DNA of 64,000 nucleotides, from the NCBI GenBank assembly GCA_964016885.1, contig OZ024754.1:40610001-40674000 (forward strand), written 5' to 3'. Under the pieces are notes generated by a model that saw only the letters and a list, made by a program, of their open reading frames with translations, was not told where the DNA came from and searched no databases. Every line of letters begins with the position of its first letter. The stretch's first letter is position 1. The position numbers and the translations under genes are program-made. Origin of the DNA: Eledone cirrhosa. Its lineage: Eukaryota. Positions 55,700 to 64,000 of the stretch are shown piece by piece.

Positions 55700-55960
55700 A
55701 GACCACAGGACCGGGGTTTGTGGCCGAAGTATTTAAGTTGGGAGGCATCCCAGATCAGGGATCTACCACCTTCGAATGGAAAGAGGTTGATTCCATCGGG
55801 GGGGGGGGGGCTTCTCTGCCGTCAAGGCCAGCTGGCTCCAGTTGTGATGGGAAGCCAGCTGTGTCCAGACTCCTCCTCATGTCATTGACAGCATGTCAGG
55901 GGAACAGGCCTGCGCTCTGGTGGAAAGACTGTGGGTGCAGACCAAACTTGTCAACAACCG
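55700..55960 (-). mobile_element. CRE-like non-LTR retrotransposon fragment (restriction-like endonuclease domain)
   Basis: The reverse strand reads VDKFGLHPQSF..SAG..HAVND.RRSLDTAGFPSQLEPAGL..PDGINLFPFEGGRSLIWDA, the RH..EP..RPDG..WD endonuclease signature; frameshifted. Confidence 0.75.
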
Positions 55961-58040
55961 TCCTGCAATTTATTTGTAAATAGTAATGAAGTGTCTTTCA
56001 TTAGAAATATGGTAATAAAAGAGTTAAATTGAAGAAAAAAAACAACACCACCACAAATGAAAAGAGCAGTGTTAAATGGGAGTCTCATAACAATATAAGA
56101 GTCCTTGCTTTAAAATGTCAGAAATGTACAGCATAACTCTACAGACAATACAATTAATAAATGGTAGTGGTGACAGTAGTGGTGGAGAAAAAAAGAGGTG
56201 CAGTGACATTTCACATAGTTTGACAAAACAAACACATCTGAAGTTACACATATCACAATCCTTACAGCAGTTTACCTGAAATATAAGCTAGGTGACCTAA
56301 TTAGGGTTAGTAGAAGAGCCAGCCAGCCAACTACAACACAGCCATTACAGTATTAAGTGAAAATCATTTGAAAAGGTTTTACAACTGTTAAACATGTTTT
56401 TAAGCCAATGATGAGTGTGTCTATGAAAACTGTTTACCTTACTAAGTGTGACAGTCAAAACCACCACCATTACCCTGCCAAATGAATAAATGAATCCTAA
56501 AAAATTTTTTAAATAAACTACCTCGGGTTCTAAGGTAAAAAGCTGTTTATTTTTAAGTGTTTACACTTACCTAAAAACCTAAAATAATTTGATGTAAGTT
56601 ATGCTCCAGGCACCAACTAAGTTATGAGAAAATTTAGTTATATTATTACTAAATATTTCCAAATTCTTGATTGTTTTTTTAATTATTTGAAAACCACAGG
56701 CAGTATCTTTCATTAGAAATATGGTAATGAAAGAGTTATAGACATAGACATTAATTTCTATAATTAATAACTGCTGCAATTAATAGCAAAATTAGTGAGT
56801 GACAGCTGTTCCAGGTTGGATCTCATCATGGGGCACCTTTCTGCAGGAGGAGCCAAGTTATCTACGTGAAACTGGGTAGGCAAAAGCTTCCGACCAGGTC
56901 TTCTAAGTAAGGATAACTCTACAAACTCGTTTCTTCCAAACATTCCCGAAGGAGACTGTAAGCAGGCCATAGGTACTTCCCCTTCTCTTCACTAAGTCAT
57001 GACTGTAAGCAGGCCATAGGTACTTCCCCTTCTCTTCACTAAGTCATAAAAAATTTTAACTGTAATAAATTTGTAGAAAATGTCTAAAAAAAACCCCCAA
57101 AACAGGGTATTTTACTTCAAATGTCTAAAGCGTCTTTACTAATGGACAGATTGTTGTAAAAATTAGCAGTTATTAGAGTAAAGACTTTAATTTTTGACAT
57201 GATGCAGTCAGAATGCTGGTTTGTACTTTTCAAGAATGCCTTGCTAATATAGTCTTCAAACAAAACAAGACGTTAAAAGTTAACTATGAAAAGCTTGAGA
57301 TGTCAATAGTTATGAGAACATATTGTATTGAAAGACTGAACTAAATAAAGTCTATTTTATAATTTGCTATTGCTATATATATATTTTATTGTTAGCTATA
57401 AAAGCTGAGTAATGTTTCAAGATCTAGTCTGCCTTGACAAATTAACTCAACAGTGAGACTATAGCGTGAAATTGTATAGATGTTTATTTTACCAACCAAA
57501 AGGTAAACTTGACAGTTTTTGAAAATATTTTTCTCAATCAAAAAAGCTTTTGCTTTTGTCAAGTCTATGAAATCCTTAAACTAAAAGATGAAAAGGTTCT
57601 GTTCACTCAAATCTTTAGGTCCTTTTTCTACTTCTGGACTGACTTCCCCCCCCTCTCTTTCTCTCTTATTTACACTATTCTCTGTTTATTGCTTACTAAA
57701 TCATATAACCATCGTTTCAATGGTTTTTCTCAGACTACTAGTAACAATTCAGTGGCCACCACTTATTTTTGTAGTCATATAATCCATCCCCTAAACTCCA
57801 CCTCATTACCCTATTTCTAATGGAAGACACTGTCTATATTTTTTCTAATCATTTTGAAAATAATCAAGAATTTTGAGGAATATAGTAATATAAAGAACAC
57901 TCATCGTGAAGCTAATGTTTAAAACTATGAAGATGAGAGAGAGAAGTAGAAAGAAGCGTAGAAAGAGATGAAGAGAGCGTAAAAGAACGTAAGGTGTAAA
58001 AAGACAAGAGATAGAGTTACCTTGGGAGCGATTTATTGGT

Positions 58041-58075
58041 CCCTATATTTCAGATTGTACATCCATCAGCAGGGG
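58041..58075 (-). ncRNA. Minimal hammerhead-like motif, CUGCUGA core variant
   Basis: CCC-CTGCTGA-T-GGAT(GTACA)ATCT-GAAA-TA-TA-GGG, next to (TATG)n/(TA)n. Confidence 0.5.
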
Positions 58076-59244
58076 GATTTTCCAAGACGAAATGTATGTA
58101 TGTATGTATGTATGTATATATAAATATATATGGAGAGAGGGAGAGAGAGAGGGAGAGGCTTCTAAGTCATTTTAAATTGATCATTACAATACATTCAAAA
58201 CTGCTTTGTAACTGAATTCACACACACGTGTGTGTATATATGTGTGTGTCTGTGTCTGTATGTGCATTTGTCTGTTCACTTCACATATAACATTGGTTGT
58301 AGTTAGTAATATTTGTTTATGTGCCACAGTAGTTAGATGTGTGAAGATCCACATACACCTTACTTGAATTTAGGTAATGTTTGGCACCAGGAAGAGCATC
58401 TAGCCATAAAATTGTGCTAGTATGGGGGAAATGGATATCAAAACAATATGACAATGAATTAAAAGCATATATGATAGGAAAGTTAGCCTCGATTTTCATC
58501 GTGTCAGAAACTATCTGTTTTATTTTGGAATTAAACAACTGAAAGTCCATTATAATGTGAACCTGGTACAGATTTTCAGCTGAGTGAACTGGAGCAATGT
58601 GAAATGAAGTGTCTTGTTCAAGGACACAATGTACCACTTGGTCGAGGAATTGATCCCACGACCATATGATCATGAGCCCAACACGAACCACAAGGCCACA
58701 CCACCTTCATATATGATAGAATAGCTGCAGTATTCTTTAGATACAAGAATGTTTTTACAAGAAATAACAAAGCTAAAGTTGCTGATTATACCAAAAATAA
58801 AGATCTCAATAACAATACATTTAATGTTTTTATTATATAAACCATTTTATTTTAAAGAAATCTTTCCAGGAACCTGTAACTATTCCAGATAAAAGCAACA
58901 ATAGTTGCTTTTATTTTCAAAAGACAACAAATTAAGCAGCATCTGTAATTCTAAAAATTGCCATCAATAAATGCAATTGTATTTTATATTCAATAAGAAG
59001 AAAGTAATTTTAATTACAAATCAATTTGTTTTAAGGTAAAATAAAATTCAATTTTACATTTAAAAGCAGCTGGAAAACAAACAAATTAAAATTAAGCATA
59101 AGAAAACAAACTGAGATAAAATAAAGCAATCTTCATAGAAGAGATGCAGGTGGAAGAATTGGTAAAATGAGTAAATACAATCTTGCTAATGTGTGCAGGT
59201 GATTGTGATAATATTTCATTAAACAAATGGAATTCTACTCCAAG

Positions 59245-59645
59245 AGATCCCTGGTTTGCCTGGGAGGTCAGTAGTCACCACTTCAGTACTGTCTTGGTCT
59301 AAGTAGACCTATCCAACCTTTGCTAGCAGGGAACATAGGTGAGATGTCAGATCCCTGGCTTGTCTAGATCAGTAGCCACTGCTCCAGACTTGGTCTATGT
59401 AGACCTATCCAACCCTTACTAGCATGGAACATAGGTGAGATGTCAGATCCCTGGCTTGTCTAGATCAGTAGCCACTGCTCCAGACTTGGTCTATGTAGAC
59501 CTATCCAACCCTTACTAGCATGGAACATAGGTGAGATGTCAGATCCCTGGCTTGTCTAGATCAGTAGCCACTGCTCCAGACTTGGTCTATGTAGACCTAT
59601 CCAACCCTTGCTAGCAGGGAAAGCAGATATTAAAATGATGATGAT
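59245..59645 (+). repeat. 96-bp tandem repeat of a LINE/SINE-tail-like sequence (related degenerate array at 16200-16670)
   Basis: GAGATGTCAGATCCCTGGCTTG recurs at 59341, 59437 and 59533; the array ends in a (GAT)n tail. Confidence 0.85.
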
Positions 59646-62600
59646 GACAATATACATATATATATATATGTATACATATAATGGAGGCACATGGCTTAGT
59701 GGTTAGAGCATTGGCTTTGCAATCGAAAGGTTGTGAGTTCAATTCTCAGACCAGGTGATGTGTTGTTTCCTTGAGCAAGACACTTTATTTCACATTGCTC
59801 CAGTTTACTCAGCTGTAGAAATGAGATGATAGGGACTGGGGTCTTTATCATTCCATTGCAAAGTGGTCGTGGAAGTACCACGGCAAAAAAGCACCCAGCA
59901 CTCACTGTAAATGAGGTTGGTGTTAGGAATGGCATCCAGCTGTAGAAATCAAGCCGGAATCAGTTCCTGTCCCACCCTTGCAAGCAGGGAAAAGCTGACG
60001 TATGATGATGATGATGATGATGATGATAAAAAGTGCCATGAAATGTCAGTGGAAAGAAGTCGCTGTAGAGTTAGACCAAAAAAGACCAGGGCAGAGGATG
60101 TGACAGCTGATCTCAAATCACTGAGACTCAGAGGTGATGACAAAGGATCGCAACTTGTGGAGAGATGACGTGTTGAGAAGGATTCGTCTAACACATGCAA
60201 GCATGGGGAAGTGGATGTAAAAACAATGATGATAAAAAGCACCCAGCCCACACTGTAAAGTGGTCGTGTAGGTATCACGACTAAAAGCACCCACTACACA
60301 CTGGAAAGTGGTCAAATAGGTGTCACAACAAAATGCACCCAGTACACACTGTAAAGGTGGTTGGCATTAGGAAGGGCATCCAGCTGTAGAAACCTAGCCA
60401 AAATCAGTTCTGTATAAGCAAGTTACAGTCATCAGACCTGGCTTGTCTCAATGGGACAACTCATCTAACCCATGCTAGCATGGAAAAATGAACATTAAAT
60501 GATGGTGATGATGATGATACAATGTCACAGGTTTGATATCTAACTGTTGTTTCAATCCAGTTGCACTCAGCCAGTCTTTCAGCTTGTTTTTATTCTTCAT
60601 CCATAAATCTTGTTTTCATTGCTTTACATTTATGACACATTAATAAAATCCTCTCTTCATACAACCAAACAATTCCTTTATTGACAGAAAAAAAAAAAAT
60701 GTCTCCAGCCCATTCTTCTCTCTAATCTACTTTTAAGCTCTTGTTTACTTGTACTAATGGTGACACCAGTGCATATAAAATGGTTTCTGATTTAGACAAG
60801 GCCAACAATTTTAGGGGAGGAGAAAGTCGATTAAATCAACCTCAGTGCATTACTGGTACTTTATTTTATCGACCTTGTAAAGATGAAAGGCACAGCTAAC
60901 CTCAGCAGGATTTGAACTATATTGCGAAGCAGGGTGTTCAACGCTCAACTGACTCTGCCAATCCACTTCCCTGTCATATAATGAAAATATTGAATACAAA
61001 ATTTATCAGCACAATGATTTTTAAAATAATTTCTATCAATACTTTAACCCTTGCATGCCTGTATTTTTAATTAACTACACTATTTTAATTAATTAATGAA
61101 GAATTATTTTAAAATATGGTTCTGATGATGAGTGGAGCATTGTTGGGAGAGAGGAAGCCAAAGATTGAATTCCAGAAGATGATAGGAATAGAATCGGTTG
61201 ATGAATGTTAGGAAAAGAAATGGAATTATTCAGTTGTTAATACATATCTATGTGCGGATACCTGATATATCTGTCTTTAAGTTCCATTGATGCTGCTCCA
61301 AACTGTAGCAATTATGGCAATTAAAATATTCTTAAAAATTGTATTGGAAAGAAAAAAATAGAAAAACGATGAAACTTAATAGTGAAAGCTCTCAGGTGAA
61401 TTTATTCTCAGACTGGCAATGTGTCAGGAAAATAGATCACTGATACCAATTGTGCATCTGTGCATGTCTTAAGAGGTGCATTCTAAGAGAATTAGGGCTG
61501 GAGCGGAAAAAGAAATTCCGCAAAGATTTCTTTTTTAAAAAATGTTTTTCACGCACGATCAAATCATCTTATCCTATTTCTCTTCACAACATTCACCACT
61601 GGTTCTATTTCCATCATCCTTTGTAATTTGTTATATTCCTATCTCTGAACAACATTCTGCTCATTTCTATTTTTTCTTGCCTTTCTCCACTTCTCTACAT
61701 TCATCCTCCACATGTAGCAAACACTTTTTCCCTTATCCATGTCTCACTCCCATCATAAATCATGCCACTTCTCCCACATGTAGCAAACCTTTTCCCTTAT
61801 CCATGTTTCACTCCCATCATAAATCATGTCACTTCTCTCACATGTAACAAACACCTTTTCTTTCCTCCATGTCTCCCATCATAAATCATGCCACTTCTCA
61901 CATGTAGCAAACACCTTTTACTACTATCTCTGTTGCTCCATATTCACCCAGCAAAACCAACCATTTTAAACATATCCAATTCAATATAAAATCTTCCAAC
62001 ATAATTTTATATAAGAACCTTACATTAAGTTACGATCTTACTAATGAAATAATAATTTTAGTGAATCCCTCAAAATTCTTCATTAACTAATTGAAATACA
62101 GGGTTCCAATTTAAATAAAAAATCTTCCAACATAATTTTACATAAGAACCTCAGATTAAGTTACTATTTTACTAATGAAATAATTTTAGTAAATTGTTCA
62201 AAATTCTTCACTAATTAATTAAAACAGTGTATTTCATTAGAAATGTGGTCACCAAAGGGTTAACCAGCAAACTACACATCACAACAGATACTACTAGAAA
62301 CAAAAATCAAAATACTAAGAATGAAAGAGCACCAGGACATGTGAAGTGAGACAATTTGTTGCCACAGCAAGCTTCGACATCCAGTTCCTGTCACCACATG
62401 AAATATCACCTCCAAACACTCAAACATTAACCAAATATCTCCCAATATCATCAGTTGCAACAAAAGTAAAACGTATTTAAAAAAAAAAAAAATAATAACA
62501 ATGAAATTATTGTGTACAGTGCTCAGGTGCACTACAACTCATCAAAGGTGCATGTATAGTACATAGAATAATGTATAAATGTCAGGAAAGTGTATGAGTC

Positions 62601-64000
62601 ATGATATACATGTGTGCATGTGTATGACGGGGGCAGGGGGAAATATTAGGTGTAGTGTTGACGAATTTCAGGAAGCATGGAGGTTTTAAAGGATGCAGTA
62701 TTTCGGCAGCTAACAACTGATGCAGGTAGTTTGTTCGATGCTTCAGCAACTCTGAGCGTGAAAACATGTTTCCGAAAGTCATGGGAGCTGTGTTGTTTGT
62801 TTGAATAAAAGTATTAGAAAGCTTCAGTGGTACTTAAATCTATATTTTAATAACAGCACAGCTTTTTCCTGTTTGTCTGTCATACATGAACAATACAGTC
62901 GAGTAAAAACCTAGATTTTTTATGTAGAATTCATGAAACACCAATCTCTCCCTCTAACAATTATACATGCATATACATACACTCATGCACATACCATCAT
63001 CATCTTCACTGTTTAACGTCCATTTTCCATGCTAGCGCCTGAAGAAAGGCCACTATTTTGATGCCTCTTGGAGGTATGGTCAAATTTGGACCATGGAACC
63101 TTGGCTAATGCCCTTGTTCCGTGTATGAACATAAATGAATATAATACATGTGTGTGTATATACAAGTTTAACACTTTAGCATTCAAACCGGCCATATCCA
63201 GCCAGAATTCTTTCACTTCTTTCTGTTCAAATCGGCTGTAACTGGCCAGACATATTGATGTTAAGGTATTGTTCTCAAAATAAATAATATCAAAATCTCA
63301 GATTCGATATTATGTGAGATAAAGCATTTACCACTAAAATACAATAGTATATATAGACTAATGTAAATGCTAAAGAGTTAAAACAGACAATAATGAAATA
63401 GATTTAAAGCCATTACTTACTAGTAACTGTCCAACCCTTGCTATCAGGGAAGGTGGCCGTTAAAACAACAACGATGATGATGATGAACTGCTCCAGCAAG
63501 TTCCTTGGTTACAGAGGTCTACCTTATTATATAAGTGTTGGGGAATTTAATAAAATGTTATAATTATATCAATTATCTGTCACAACAGGAACCAATAAAA
63601 CTTCTGGTTCTGTTTCATAACAAAGAGTTATATGGACGACGTTCTTAAGACTGAGATGTGGAAATATTTGAAATCTATTTTGAATATTACATCTGGTTAG
63701 TAAACTGGAGTGTGGGAGGGTGAGAGATGGAATGTGAGAGGGTGAGAGGGATGAGAGAGGGGGGTGAGAATGAGAGAGGGATGAGAGAGGGAGAAAGAGG
63801 AGGGTGAGAAGGAGGCAAAGAGAGATAGAGAGACGTTGAGTGTATATGAATTGAGAGAACATATTTCAAAACAATGAGTATGTGTCTATGTATATATATA
63901 TACACACATACACACACATTTATATATATATACATACATACACATATATATATATACACCATCATCATTTAACATCTATTTTCTCTACTAACAAGGATTG

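Noticed and set aside
55820-55910. Possible HDV-like ribozyme (GAC-TCCTCCTCAT-GTC)
   Set aside because: P1 pairing is absent; the region is better explained as CRE-like coding sequence on the other strand.

Overview
AT-rich, microsatellite- and transposon-dense animal DNA. The SINE and MITE repertoire looks like an octopod cephalopod (inference). One protein-coding gene is visible, on the minus strand: a group II p21-activated kinase (PAK4/5/6, Drosophila mbt type). It has 9 coding exons from 42111 to 15264, all GT-AG with matching phases, totalling 1776 nt (591 aa plus stop). Its 5' UTR exon(s) lie further right and were not identified. The rest is intron or intergenic DNA filled with tRNA-derived SINEs, RTE/CR1/CRE LINE fragments, a dead mariner, TTAA piggyBac-like MITEs and many minisatellites. 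The strongest hidden signal is in short unique-looking islands within or beside (TA)n tracts. These repeatedly encode type I hammerhead ribozyme motifs (stem I-CUGAUGA-stem II-GAAA-short or palindromic stem III-NUH-stem I'), with at least 6 unrelated sequence families. Several occur as long fold-back palindromes with a ribozyme on each strand, or folded back exactly at stem II. They are probably microsatellite-targeting Penelope-like element termini, and some are sense to the PAK pre-mRNA. All structures were read by eye; no folding or searches were run.
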